Shown one piece after another: positions 31,466 to 41,381 of a stretch of DNA of 64,000 nt; the stretch's first letter is position 1; every line of letters begins with the position of its first letter. The stretch comes from Candidatus Alcyoniella australis. GTDB lineage: Bacteria; Lernaellota; Lernaellaia; JAVCCG01; Alcyoniellaceae. The notes under the pieces were generated by a model. It made no database searches, had not been told where the DNA came from, and saw only the letters and a list, made by a program, of their open reading frames with translations. The DNA lies in the NCBI GenBank assembly GCA_030765605.1, contig JAVCCG010000095.1, positions 7,489 through 71,488 on the forward strand. The letters run 5' to 3'. A program made the position numbers and the translations under genes.

Positions 31466-32320
31466 TTACTCTTCGTAAGAGTAGAAACCTTTACCGGTCT
31501 TTCGGCCGAGCAGTCCGCCGGCCACCATGTTCTTCAGCAGCGGGCAGGGACGATACTTGGGATCGCCGAATCCCTCGTGCAGGCGATGCAGCGCGTTGAG
31601 GCAAATGTCAAGGCCGATCAGGTCTGCCAGGGCCAGCGGTCCCATCGGGTGGTTCATGCCCAAACGCATGGCCGTGTCGATGTCCTCGGCCTTGGCCAGA
31701 CCCTCCCAAAAGCCGTAGATCGCCTCGTTGATCATCACCATGATGAAGCGCGTGCTGGCGAAGCCCGGGTAGTCCTTGACCAGGATCGGCTCCTTGCCCA
31801 GCTCGATGCCGAACTCGCGGGCCTGCTCGCAGGACTCAGCGGAGGTCAGCTCGCCGCGCACGATCTCGATCAGCTTCATCACCGGCACCGGGTTAAAAAA
31901 GTGCATGCCCAGCACCTTGTCCGGACGGTTGGTGAAGCCGCCGATGGCGGTGATCGACTGGCTGCTGGTGTTCGAGGCCAGGATCACCTCGGGCCGGCAG
32001 ATCTTGTCGAACTTGGCGAACAGCTCCTGCTTGAGTTTGAGCGATTCGGGCGCGGCCTCGATTACCAGGTCACAGTCCGCGGCGTCGGCCAGATTAATGG
32101 ACGCGCTGATGTTTTGACTGACGGCCTCGGCCTGATCTTTACGCATCCGGCCCTTGGACACGGCGCGATCGAGCAGCTTGTGGATGCGCGTTACGCCGCG
32201 TTGGACGAACAGTTCCTTGACGTCGTAGAGCACGACCTTGACGTCTTTGGCAGCGCACAGATAGGCGATGCCGTGCCCCATGGTCCCGGCACCGGCTACG
32301 AAAACTTTGTTGTACTTCAC
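31466..32320 (-). CDS. hbd: 3-hydroxybutyryl-CoA / 3-hydroxyacyl-CoA dehydrogenase
   Basis: N-terminal NAD-binding [14 protein letters not shown]; 3HCDH family; length 284 aa. Confidence 0.85.
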   Translation of the reverse strand: MKYNKVFVAGAGTMGHGIAYLCAAKDVKVVLYDVKELFVQRGVTRIHKLLDRAVSKGRMRKDQAEAVSQNISASINLADAADCDLVIEAAPESLKLKQELFAKFDKICRPEVILASNTSSQSITAIGGFTNRPDKVLGMHFFNPVPVMKLIEIVRGELTSAESCEQAREFGIELGKEPILVKDYPGFASTRFIMVMINEAIYGFWEGLAKAEDIDTAMRLGMNHPMGPLALADLIGLDICLNALHRLHEGFGDPKYRPCPLLKNMVAGGLLGRKTGKGFYSYEE

Positions 32321-32342
32321 GATCTCCCTCCCATGCTAAAGA

Positions 32343-33530
32343 TCAAACTGCAAATGGATCCTGCCCGGTGATATCGCGGGCGACGATCAGTTGGTGGATG
32401 TCGTACGTCCCCTCGTAGGTGTTGACCGACTCGAGGTTGAGCATGTGGCGGATCACCGGGTACTCGGTGGTGATGCCGTTGGCGCCGTGGATGTCGCGCG
32501 CCACGCGGGCGATCTCCAGCGCGCGTCCCACGCAGTTGGCCTTGGCCATGCTCACCTGCTGGTGGCGCAGCTTCTTGGCGTCCTTGAGCCGACCCAGCTG
32601 CATCACCATTAGCTGGCTTTTGGTGATCTCGGTGAGCATCCAGGCCAGCTTGTGCTGCACCAGCTGGTGCGCGGCGATCGGCTTGTGGAACTGCACGCGC
32701 TCCTTGGCGTAGTCCAGCGACGCTTGGTAGCAGGCCATGGCCGAGCCGGTGGCGCCCCAGGCGATGCCGTAGCGCGCTTGGTTCAGGCAGCTCAGCGGTC
32801 CGGCCAGTCCCTTGACCCCGGGCAGCAAGTTGGCTGCGGGTATCCGGCAGTCCTCAAAGATCAGCTCGCCGGTGATCGAAGCGCGCAGGCTGAACTTGTT
32901 GTGCGTCTCCAGCGTGCTGAAGCCCGGAGTGTCGGCCTCGACGATGAAGCCGCGGATCGCCTCATGCTCTTCGCCCGTAAGCTTGACCTTGGCCCAGACC
33001 ACGGCCAGGTCGGCGACCGTGGCGTTGGTGATCCACATTTTGGCGCCGTTGAGCACGAAGCAATCGCCCTCGACGCGCGCGCGGGTGATCATGCTGCCCG
33101 CGTCGGAGCCGTAGTCGGGCTCGGTCAGGCCGAAGGCGCCGATCAGCTCGCCGGTCGCCATTTTCGGCAAATACTTGCGGCGTTGCTCTTCGGTGCCGTA
33201 AGTGAAGATCGGCCACATGCACAGGCTGGTCTGCACCGAGCAAAAGCTGCGCACGCCCGAATCGCCGCGCTCGAGCTCCTGCATGATCAGTCCGTAGATT
33301 ACGTTGTTCACGCCCGCGCAGCCGTACTCCTCGGGCAAGTAGCAGCCCAAGTAGCCCAGATCGGCCATCTGCTTGGTGAGGTGCGCGGGGAAGGTGTGGT
33401 CGTTGAAGTGCTCGCTGATGATCGGCAGCACCTCGTTGTCCACAAAATGACGCGCTTGGTCGCGGGCCATGCGCTCGTCGTCGGTGAGCATGCTATCAAC
33501 GTCGAAATAATCAACCCCTGGGAAGCCCAT
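32343..33530 (-). CDS. gcdH: Glutaryl-CoA dehydrogenase
   Basis: Strong matches to GcdH blocks (ERGDSGVRS, KYLPKMATGELIGAFGLTEPDYGSDAGSMITRAR, KMWITN, LRASITGE, NTYEGTYDIH). Confidence 0.85.
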   Translation of the reverse strand: MGFPGVDYFDVDSMLTDDERMARDQARHFVDNEVLPIISEHFNDHTFPAHLTKQMADLGYLGCYLPEEYGCAGVNNVIYGLIMQELERGDSGVRSFCSVQTSLCMWPIFTYGTEEQRRKYLPKMATGELIGAFGLTEPDYGSDAGSMITRARVEGDCFVLNGAKMWITNATVADLAVVWAKVKLTGEEHEAIRGFIVEADTPGFSTLETHNKFSLRASITGELIFEDCRIPAANLLPGVKGLAGPLSCLNQARYGIAWGATGSAMACYQASLDYAKERVQFHKPIAAHQLVQHKLAWMLTEITKSQLMVMQLGRLKDAKKLRHQQVSMAKANCVGRALEIARVARDIHGANGITTEYPVIRHMLNLESVNTYEGTYDIHQLIVARDITGQDPFAV

Positions 33531-33599
33531 CCTTCACTCCTGTTGCGGTTGGTGCATCAGTGGCGGCGGTGATATCTCCTAACGCTGGATCTCTATTAA

Positions 33600-35096
33600 T
33601 CAGTCCTCGTCGAGTTGGGCGCGCTGCAGGCGGCCCGAGTAATCGACGTAGATCGTCTTCCATTCCGAATAGGTGCTAAGCACCTCGGTTCCCGATTCGC
33701 GGTGGCCGTTGCCCGTGTTCTTGAATCCACCGAACGGCATGTGGGTCTCGGCGCCGATGGTCGGACCGTTGATGTAGGTGATGCCGCATTCGATGTCGCG
33801 GATCGCTTCGTGGGCGCGGTTGACGTCCTGGGTGTAGATCGAGCTCGAGAGTCCGTAGTCGGTGTCGTTGAGCACGTCGATCGCCTCGTCGAAGCTGTCG
33901 ACCGGGATGATCAGCACCAGCGGGCCGAAGATCTCCTCGCGGGCGATGCGCATCGTGCGTTTGCCGTTGGCAAAGATCGTCGGTTCGAAAAACCAGCCCT
34001 TGGCAAAGTCGCCCGCGGTCATCCGCTTGCCGCCGAGGATCAGCTCGGCGTGGTCCTCGTCGCGGCCGATTGCCACGTACGACTCGACCTTGTTCAGCGC
34101 GGCCTCGTTGATCAGCGGACCGACGTTGGTCGACTCGGCGTTGCCCGGGCCGATGTTCACTCGCTTGGCGCCGTCGATCAGCCGCTGAGTGAACTCGTCG
34201 AGCACCTTACGGTGTACGATCAACCGGCTGGTCGCGGTGCAGCGCTGGCCGGCAGTGCCAAACGCGCCCCAGACCGCGCCCTCGACCGCCAGGTCGAGCT
34301 TGGCATCATCCATCACGATCTGCGCGTTTTTGCCGCCCATCTCCAGGCTCAGCCGTTTGAGATCGCGACCGGTGATCTGGGCCAGCTTGCTGCCGGTGGC
34401 GGTGGAGCCGGTGAAGCTGATCACGTTGACCTGTGGATGCTCGGCCAGGGCAGTCCCGGCCTTGCCGCCGGAGCCGCAGACCACGTTGAACAGCCCCTTG
34501 GGCAGCCCGGCCTCGGCGAAGATTTCGGCCATGCGCACGGCCGTGGCCGGAGCGTCGGACGCGGGTTTGATTACAACGGCGTCGCCGCAGATCAGCGCGG
34601 GGAAGGCTTTCCAGCAGGGGATTGCGCAGGGGAAGTTCCAGGGCGTGATCAGCCCGGCGACGCCCATCGGCATCCGCAGCGAGTAGGCCATCTTGCCCTT
34701 GAACTCGGCGGTCGAGGTCTGGCCGAACATTCGGCGTCCCTCGCCGGACATGTACATCGCGGTCTCGATCCCCTCCTGCACGTCGCCGCGCGCCTCGCCG
34801 ATCGGCTTGCCCATCTCGCGCGACATCAGCTGCGCCAGTTGCTCTTTGTGCTCCATCATCTTGTGGTAGATGTCGAGCAGCACTGCGCCGCGCTTGGGCG
34901 GCGGCACCAGGCGCCATTCTTTGTACGCCGCGCGCGCGGCTTGGCAGGCGCGGTCCACGTCCTCGGGCCCGCTGGCCGGAAACTCGCCCACTACGTCGTC
35001 AATGTTGGAGGGGTTGCGGTTGAGAAAAGTTTCGCCCGATGCGGCGTCGCACCACTGACCGTCAATGAAGTTGCGATACTTGTCGACCATCTTCAT
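33600..35096 (-). CDS. NAD(P)-dependent aldehyde dehydrogenase (glutarate/succinate-semialdehyde dehydrogenase-like)
   Basis: ALDH family at full length (498 aa), including catalytic Cys region GQRCTA and the glutamate-site region LELGGK. It lies between an aminotransferase and gcdH. Confidence 0.85.
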   Translation of the reverse strand: MKMVDKYRNFIDGQWCDAASGETFLNRNPSNIDDVVGEFPASGPEDVDRACQAARAAYKEWRLVPPPKRGAVLLDIYHKMMEHKEQLAQLMSREMGKPIGEARGDVQEGIETAMYMSGEGRRMFGQTSTAEFKGKMAYSLRMPMGVAGLITPWNFPCAIPCWKAFPALICGDAVVIKPASDAPATAVRMAEIFAEAGLPKGLFNVVCGSGGKAGTALAEHPQVNVISFTGSTATGSKLAQITGRDLKRLSLEMGGKNAQIVMDDAKLDLAVEGAVWGAFGTAGQRCTATSRLIVHRKVLDEFTQRLIDGAKRVNIGPGNAESTNVGPLINEAALNKVESYVAIGRDEDHAELILGGKRMTAGDFAKGWFFEPTIFANGKRTMRIAREEIFGPLVLIIPVDSFDEAIDVLNDTDYGLSSSIYTQDVNRAHEAIRDIECGITYINGPTIGAETHMPFGGFKNTGNGHRESGTEVLSTYSEWKTIYVDYSGRLQRAQLDED

Positions 35097-36433
35097 TTCC
35101 TCCCGCGGTTGCTTGGCAGGTTAAGCGTCTGTTCGAAGATCTCCAGGGCCTTATCGATCTCGTCGGGGGTGACGACCAGGCCCGGCACGAAACGTACTAC
35201 GTTATCGCCGCAAGGCAGCAGCAGCAGCCCGCGTTTGAAGCAATCCTGGATCAGCTTGTCGCGCAGTTGCGGATCGGGCTGCTCCTCAAGATCGACGATC
35301 TCCGCGCCGACCATCAGGCCCAAGCCGCGCACGTCGCTGATCCGCGGGCTGTCCGCGGCCAGCGAGTTTAGCCCCTTGGTCAGCCGCTCGCCCTGCACGC
35401 GGGCGTTTTCGATCAGCCCGCCGCGCAGCAGCGCAATGGTTTCCAGGGCCGCGGCGCAGCTCAGCGGGTTGCCGCCGAAGGTGCTGGCGTGGGCCCCGGG
35501 GCCCCAGTCCATCACGCTCTCCGGCGCGACGATCGCCGAGATCGGCAGGCCCGAGGCCAGTCCCTTGGCGCAGACCAGGATGTCGGGCTTAACCTTCGAG
35601 TGCTCCACCGCAAACATCTTGCCAGTGCGTCCCATGCCGGTCTGGATCTCGTCGGCCACGAGCATGATGCCGTGTCGGTCGCAGATCTCGCGCAGGCGTT
35701 TGAGATAGCCCGGCGGCGGCACGATGTATCCGCCTTCGCCCTGGATCGGCTCGACGAAGATCGCCGCCACCTCGTCGGCCGGGGCGATGGTGTTGAAGAT
35801 TGTCTGCTCGATGTAGTCCGCACAGTGCAGATCACATTCGGGATGGCGCATGTTGTACGGGCAACGATGGCAATAGGCGAAGGGCACGTGCACCACGCCG
35901 GGAACAAGGCTGCCGAAGCCCTGGCGCTGGGTCGACTTGCTGGCGGTTAGGCTCAGCGCGCCCATGGTGCGGCCGTGGAACGCGCCGAGAAACGCGATCA
36001 CCCGCTGGCGACCGGTGTGGTGGCGCGCCAGCTTGAACGCGGCCTCGACACCCTCTGCGCCGGAGTTGCCGAAGTAGACCGTCTTGCGCCCTTTGATCGG
36101 AGCTATGCTGCTTAGTTCGCGGGCCAGCTCGATCTGCGGCACGTAGTAGAAGTCGGTGCCCGACATGTGCAGCAGTTTGCCCGCCTGTTCGCGGATCGCC
36201 GCCACCACCCGCGGGTGGCAGTGTCCGCTGGCCGTGACCGCGATTCCCGAGGTGAAGTCGAGGAACTGGTTGCCGTCCACGTCGACTACCTTGTTGCCCA
36301 CGCCGTGGTCCGCAACCAGCGGATAGGTGCGAGTGTACGAGCGGCTGATGTAGCGCCGATCAAGGTTGAGCAGGCGCTTGGCCTCGGGGCCGGGAAGACG
36401 AGTTTTAAGCTTGGGGTAGGTCAGGCTTTTCAT
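35093..36433 (-). CDS. Class III PLP-dependent aminotransferase (4-aminobutyrate/5-aminovalerate aminotransferase-like)
   Basis: GabT/DavT-like motifs (VDVDGNQFLDFTSGIAV...GHCHP, ADEIQTGMGRTG). Confidence 0.85.
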   Translation of the reverse strand: MKSLTYPKLKTRLPGPEAKRLLNLDRRYISRSYTRTYPLVADHGVGNKVVDVDGNQFLDFTSGIAVTASGHCHPRVVAAIREQAGKLLHMSGTDFYYVPQIELARELSSIAPIKGRKTVYFGNSGAEGVEAAFKLARHHTGRQRVIAFLGAFHGRTMGALSLTASKSTQRQGFGSLVPGVVHVPFAYCHRCPYNMRHPECDLHCADYIEQTIFNTIAPADEVAAIFVEPIQGEGGYIVPPPGYLKRLREICDRHGIMLVADEIQTGMGRTGKMFAVEHSKVKPDILVCAKGLASGLPISAIVAPESVMDWGPGAHASTFGGNPLSCAAALETIALLRGGLIENARVQGERLTKGLNSLAADSPRISDVRGLGLMVGAEIVDLEEQPDPQLRDKLIQDCFKRGLLLLPCGDNVVRFVPGLVVTPDEIDKALEIFEQTLNLPSNRGRK

Positions 36434-36628
36434 GGTTGTCTGCCTCGAAGTGTGTGGCTGGGTTGCGGGTTTGGGGTATCACCGTACAACACACTGCAAA
36501 TACCCTGTGGCGCGGCAAGTCTATCGCCACCCCTGGCACAGTTCAACCCCGGTAATTGGGCCCTTGAGAGCCTCGACGCACTTCGTCATAATCGGCGTTC
36601 GCCTGCTCGACACCAATGGAGGGTGCTG

Positions 36629-38005
36629 ATGAATTACGACTACGACGTGCTGGTGATCGGCGCCGGTCCCGGCGGCTGTATTGCGGCGCGCGAGATGGCT
36701 GCGGCCGGATTGCGGGTCTGCCTGTGCGATCGCAGCACGCGCGAGGATCTGGGCAACCCGATCGTGATCGAACTCGAGAAGTCGATCTGGGATCCACTGA
36801 TGGGCGGAGCGCCATTGGATCAGGAGATCCCATACAACGCAAAACAAGTAAACATCTTCTCGCCGCGCGGGAACCTCGGCATCGCAGTCAAGGACGAGGG
36901 GCTGATCTACGCGGTCTATTTACACAAGATCGTCAGGCGTATGGCCGAGCAGGCCCAGGCCGCGGGCGCACAGTTTTTACCGCAGCACAGCGCCACGCAG
37001 GCGCTGGTCGAGGACGGTTACGTGGTCGGCGCACGGTTCCGGGTCGGACGCGGCAGCGCGAAGATTCGCGCACGGCTGACGGTCGATGCCTCGGGTTATG
37101 ACGCGGCCCTGGTGCGCAAACTCGATCCGCAACTGGGCATCGAGCTGCCCGAACATCGGCTGGACAATGTGGCGGCCGAGAACCACATCTGCAACATCGA
37201 CCGCGAGGCTGCGCAGGAAGCGGTCAACAAGGGGTTGGCAGGCGACGAGCAGGTCTGGACCAAGCTGGCCTTTGCCGGCAACTACTCCACGGAGTTCGCC
37301 TTCCTCTCGCTGCGGCAGGAGCTGGGCTACATCCTGGTCGGGCTCAACGCGGCCTACGATCAGCCGACCCCCGCCGAGCTGATTAAAGCCTACGCCGCGC
37401 GCGTGGGATTTCTGGGTAAACGCCTGATCGGCGGCAAGGGACTGATTCGCGTGCGCCGCGCCATTCCGCGGCTGGTGACCGACGGCCTGGCCGTGATCGG
37501 CGAGGCGGCCTGCCAGGTGATCCCGACTTTGGGCAGCGGCGCTGCGGGTTCGATGCTCGCGGCGAAGTACCTGAGCCAGGCGGCGGTTGCGGCGCTGAAC
37601 TACGGCAGGCCGAGCACTGCTGCGCTGTGGCCTTACGCCTGGCGCTATATGAGCGGTCGCGGCAGCGTGTTGGCCAGCTACGACATCACCCGCCTGCTGC
37701 TCGAACGCTTTTCAACCGAGCAGATGACGGCCTTTATCGAGGACGGACTGCTGCAACCCGAGGATCAGGCCACGTCGGTCACCGTGCAGCCGATGATCCC
37801 CAGCCTGTCGAGCATGCCGGCGCGAGCGCGCGGACTGTACAAACACCCGGATCTGCTGCCGCTGTTCGCGGGCCAGGGCCTGGCCATGCGCCGGGCGCGC
37901 AAGCTCTACGCGGCCTATCCGCGAGTCTGGGATCCGGAACTGTTCCAGCGCTGGCGTAAGGCCGAGCGCGAGCTGTTCAAACCAGCAGAGGCGTTCGGCT
38001 CCTGA
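36629..38005 (+). CDS. FAD-dependent oxidoreductase (geranylgeranyl-reductase-like flavoprotein family)
   Basis: N-terminal DVLVIGAGPGGCIAA dinucleotide-binding motif; the ATG at 36629 is preferred over the longer annotated ORF, which runs across the divergent promoter. Confidence 0.6.
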   Translation: MNYDYDVLVIGAGPGGCIAAREMAAAGLRVCLCDRSTREDLGNPIVIELEKSIWDPLMGGAPLDQEIPYNAKQVNIFSPRGNLGIAVKDEGLIYAVYLHKIVRRMAEQAQAAGAQFLPQHSATQALVEDGYVVGARFRVGRGSAKIRARLTVDASGYDAALVRKLDPQLGIELPEHRLDNVAAENHICNIDREAAQEAVNKGLAGDEQVWTKLAFAGNYSTEFAFLSLRQELGYILVGLNAAYDQPTPAELIKAYAARVGFLGKRLIGGKGLIRVRRAIPRLVTDGLAVIGEAACQVIPTLGSGAAGSMLAAKYLSQAAVAALNYGRPSTAALWPYAWRYMSGRGSVLASYDITRLLLERFSTEQMTAFIEDGLLQPEDQATSVTVQPMIPSLSSMPARARGLYKHPDLLPLFAGQGLAMRRARKLYAAYPRVWDPELFQRWRKAERELFKPAEAFGS

Positions 38006-38026
38006 ATGTAAGCTGATCCAAGACGA

Positions 38027-38692
38027 TCAGGCGTCGCGCTTCTGCCGGATCCGAGTCTCGATCCAATCGATCCAGCGTTCGAGCCCCTCGCCGGTGCGCG
38101 CGGAGATGCGCAGCACCTCGACATTGGGATTGGTGGCGCGCACGTTGCGCTCCATCAGGTCCAGGTCAGCGCCCAGGGCGTCGGCCGCGTCGATCTTGTT
38201 GAGCAGCACCAGCGACGCGCACTGGAACAGCAGCGGGTACTTCAGCGGTTTATCTTCACCCTCGGCCGCCGAGAGTAGGGCGATCTTGTGATCCTCGCCC
38301 AGGTCCTCATCGGCCGGACAGACCAGGTTGCCCACGTTCTCGATCACCAGCAGCTCCAGGCCATCGAGGTTCAGCGCCTCGATGGCGCGCTTGGCCGTGG
38401 GCTGCGGGATGTGGCAGGCGGTGACCCCGGCGCAGATCATTTCGACCTCGATGCCGAGCTTCTCCAGCCGGTCGGCGTCGTTGCGCGTGGCGCAGTCGGC
38501 CTCGACCACGGCCAGCTTGTAGCGTTGCGCCAAGCGGGGAAGGGTCTGTTCGAGCAGCGTGGTCTTGCCCGAGCCCGGCGAGCTGATCAGGTTTAGCGCC
38601 AGGATTTTACGGCGCAACAAATCCTGCCGCACCTGCTGGGCAATGCGCTGCTCAGGGCTGCGCGGGTCCTTGTTGATTTGAATCTCGGTCAT
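38027..38692 (-). CDS. hypB: Hydrogenase nickel-incorporation GTPase HypB
   Basis: P-loop GSGKTTLLE and the CH motif region. The start is chosen at MTEIQINKD, giving a 4-bp overlap with hypA. Confidence 0.9.
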   Translation of the reverse strand: MTEIQINKDPRSPEQRIAQQVRQDLLRRKILALNLISSPGSGKTTLLEQTLPRLAQRYKLAVVEADCATRNDADRLEKLGIEVEMICAGVTACHIPQPTAKRAIEALNLDGLELLVIENVGNLVCPADEDLGEDHKIALLSAAEGEDKPLKYPLLFQCASLVLLNKIDAADALGADLDLMERNVRATNPNVEVLRISARTGEGLERWIDWIETRIRQKRDA

Positions 38693-39033
38693 TGATCCAC
38701 CTCGATTGAAGTCACCAGCAGTTCCTTGCCCTGGATCAGCTCCATCTGCGATCCGCACTCGGGGCAGAACAGTATCGGCAGGTCCAGCTGGTGCTGTTTA
38801 TCGCACGTCGGGCAATGGGCGATCATCGGCTGCAGCTCGATCACCAGTTCGGCCTCGGCCAGTGGCGTCCCCGGCCGCTCCATCTCAAAGAACATCTGCA
38901 TCGCGTCGGGCACCAGGCCCTGGCACACGCCGATGGTGACGTTGACCTTGCGCACCACAGACTCGATCCGTTCGCGCTCGAGTGTCTCGAGCACCGTGTC
39001 CATGATCCCGCGGGTGATGCCCGGCTCGTGCAT
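38689..39033 (-). CDS. hypA: Hydrogenase maturation factor HypA (Zn-finger)
   Basis: CPTC...CPEC zinc-binding pairs; 114 aa. Confidence 0.85.
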   Translation of the reverse strand: MHEPGITRGIMDTVLETLERERIESVVRKVNVTIGVCQGLVPDAMQMFFEMERPGTPLAEAELVIELQPMIAHCPTCDKQHQLDLPILFCPECGSQMELIQGKELLVTSIEVDQ

Positions 39034-40046
39034 CAGCAGATCCTGGGCAGCCCGGCCTCGAGGGGCATTTCGATTACGCGGCGGGTGCCGATGGCGGTTT
39101 GGAGCACCACGCGTCCGCGGCGCTTGGCCGGTTCCACGTGGCCGATTTGGGTCGCGTTCTCGCCGTAGGGCGCGCTACGCACCGCGTCGAGCACGTCTCC
39201 TGCGGCCGATGGATCGACGAAAAGCAGGCACTTGCCCTCGTTGGCCAACGGCAGCGGATCCAGGCCCAGCACTTCGAGGAACGCGGCCACGTCATCGCGG
39301 ATCGGCAGGTTCTGCTCCTGGATCACGTATTGCAATCCGGTATCGGTGGCAAACTCGTTGAGCGTGGCGGCCAGTCCGCCGCGGGTCGGGTCGCGCAAGG
39401 CGTGCAACTTATCGGCAGCAGCCTCATGCGCCGCCTGCACGATGGGCCACAGCGGCGCGCAGTCGCTTTTAAGCTCACCGCGGAATCCCATCTGTTCGCG
39501 CTCGTTGAGGATCGCCGCGCCGTGGTCGCCGATGGTGCCCGAAATCAAAATCGCGTCGCCCTCACGCACCTGCGCCGGGCCCAAGGGACCGGTCAGTCGC
39601 GGGCCGATCCCGGTGGTGTTGATGAACAGTTTGTCCAGCGCGCCGCGCTCCAAGACCTTGGTGTCGCCAGTGACCACCTCGACCCCCTGGCCGCGGCAGG
39701 TGTCGCCGATGGAGGCCATCACCCGCCGCAGGTCGTCAAGCGGCAACCCCTCCTCGATCAGCAGGCTCAGCGAGAGGTAGCGCGGACGCGCGCCGATCAT
39801 CGCCACGTCGTTGAGCGTGCCGCAGACCGCCAGCTTGCCGATGTCGCCGCCGGGGAAAAAGATCGGACTGATGGTGAACGAGTCGGTGGAAAAGGCCAGC
39901 GGAGTTTCGATGTCTTCAATCAGTGCCGCGTCGAGGGTGATCGCATGCCCCTCGCGCCCTGAGAGCGCGGGCAGGATCAACTCGTCGAGCAGCTCCTGGG
40001 TCAGCCGTCCGCCGAAACCGTGTGCCAGTCGAATGTTGTCAGTCAT
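39033..40046 (-). CDS. hypE: Hydrogenase maturation protein HypE (AIR-synthase-like)
   Basis: PurM-like fold; the start is taken at MTDNIRLAHG to avoid overlap with hypD. Confidence 0.9.
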   Translation of the reverse strand: MTDNIRLAHGFGGRLTQELLDELILPALSGREGHAITLDAALIEDIETPLAFSTDSFTISPIFFPGGDIGKLAVCGTLNDVAMIGARPRYLSLSLLIEEGLPLDDLRRVMASIGDTCRGQGVEVVTGDTKVLERGALDKLFINTTGIGPRLTGPLGPAQVREGDAILISGTIGDHGAAILNEREQMGFRGELKSDCAPLWPIVQAAHEAAADKLHALRDPTRGGLAATLNEFATDTGLQYVIQEQNLPIRDDVAAFLEVLGLDPLPLANEGKCLLFVDPSAAGDVLDAVRSAPYGENATQIGHVEPAKRRGRVVLQTAIGTRRVIEMPLEAGLPRIC

Positions 40047-41133
40047 CGTCGTTCTCCGGGAATAGATAGGCCGCGCGGCAGGTCCCCTCGTTGCCAACCA
40101 TGCACGGACCCTGCGGGTGCTCGGGCGTGCAGCGGGAGCCGAACAGTCCGCACTGGTCCGGTTGCAATCGTCCGACCACGACCTTGTGGCATTGGCAGCC
40201 GGGCAGAATGTCGTCGGCAGGAACCTCGCTCAATCCGAGCCGCATCAAAGCGTCGTGGGCTGCGAATCGCTCCTTGAGTTTGAATCCTGTGCCGGGCAGT
40301 ACGCCGATGCCGCGCCAGGACGCATCCTCGATGTCGAATACCTCGGCCAGAACGGCCTGGGCGCGCTCGTTGCCCGCGGCGCGCACGGCCCGCGGGTAGC
40401 AGTTAGCCACGTGCGGCTCGCCGGTACGCAACTGGCGCAAGATGGAGAGCAGTCCGCTGAGCACATCCACCGGCTCGAACCCGGTCACAGCGCTTGCCGC
40501 GTTGCATTGTTCGGGCAAAAACTCGTAGGCGCGGGTGCCGGTGATCACCGCCGCGTGTCCGGGAAGCAGGTAGCCGCTGATAAAACCGTCGTCGTCTTGG
40601 GCCAGGGTGCGTACTGCGGGCGGCACGTAGCGATGACAGCAGTAGAGCAGCAGATTGTCGGGAAGTTCGCCGAGCAGCAGCCCGGCCACGGGCGCGGCCG
40701 TGGTCTCGAATCCCACGCTGAAGAAGATCACCGTGCGCTCCGGATTTTCGCGCGCCAAGCGCACTGCGTCGCGTGGACCGTAGACAATGCGCACGTCGGC
40801 CCCTGCGGCGCGTTGCGACCACAGGGAGCCGGACTCGATCGGCACGCGTACGATGTCGCCGTAGGTGCACAGCATCGGCCGCTGATCGAGTTGCGCCAGG
40901 CTGATTGCCGTGGCAATCGCCGAGGCGGGCGTGATGCACACCGGGCAGCCCGGCCCGGCGATCACCTCCAGGTTGGAGGGCAGCAGCGAGCGCAGGGCAA
41001 AGCGTCTGATCTCGTGTTCGTGAGTGCCGCAGACGTGCATGATCCGCACGTGCCCAAGCAAAGCAGCCTCGTCCGCCAGCGCGTCGGTCAGACGCTGCAC
41101 CAGCTCGCGCGAGCGCATTGCCGAGTCAGTCAT
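40039..41133 (-). CDS. hypD: Hydrogenase maturation protein HypD
   Basis: GPGCPVC and CxxH motifs; 364 aa. Confidence 0.9.
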   Translation of the reverse strand: MTDSAMRSRELVQRLTDALADEAALLGHVRIMHVCGTHEHEIRRFALRSLLPSNLEVIAGPGCPVCITPASAIATAISLAQLDQRPMLCTYGDIVRVPIESGSLWSQRAAGADVRIVYGPRDAVRLARENPERTVIFFSVGFETTAAPVAGLLLGELPDNLLLYCCHRYVPPAVRTLAQDDDGFISGYLLPGHAAVITGTRAYEFLPEQCNAASAVTGFEPVDVLSGLLSILRQLRTGEPHVANCYPRAVRAAGNERAQAVLAEVFDIEDASWRGIGVLPGTGFKLKERFAAHDALMRLGLSEVPADDILPGCQCHKVVVGRLQPDQCGLFGSRCTPEHPQGPCMVGNEGTCRAAYLFPENDDD

Positions 41134-41377
41134 TGTGCTCCGGCTCGATCATCCCGGGCACCTGGGCGTACTCGCGATAGATCTCGATGGTCTTGCGCGC
41201 CTCGTCCTCGTCCATGCGCTCGATGGCCATGCCTGCATGCACCAATAGATAGTCGCCGGGCTGTGCGTCGGGCACCAGATCGAGTCCGACCTCGATGGTC
41301 GTGCTGCCGCTGCTCACGGTTCCGACGTTGAGTGCCTTATCTACATCGATCAACCGTAGCGGAACTGCCAGACACAT
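41126..41377 (-). CDS. hypC: Hydrogenase assembly chaperone HypC/HupF
   Basis: N-terminal MCLAVP motif; 83 aa. Confidence 0.85.
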   Translation of the reverse strand: MCLAVPLRLIDVDKALNVGTVSSGSTTIEVGLDLVPDAQPGDYLLVHAGMAIERMDEDEARKTIEIYREYAQVPGMIEPEHND

Positions 41378-41381
41378 TTGC

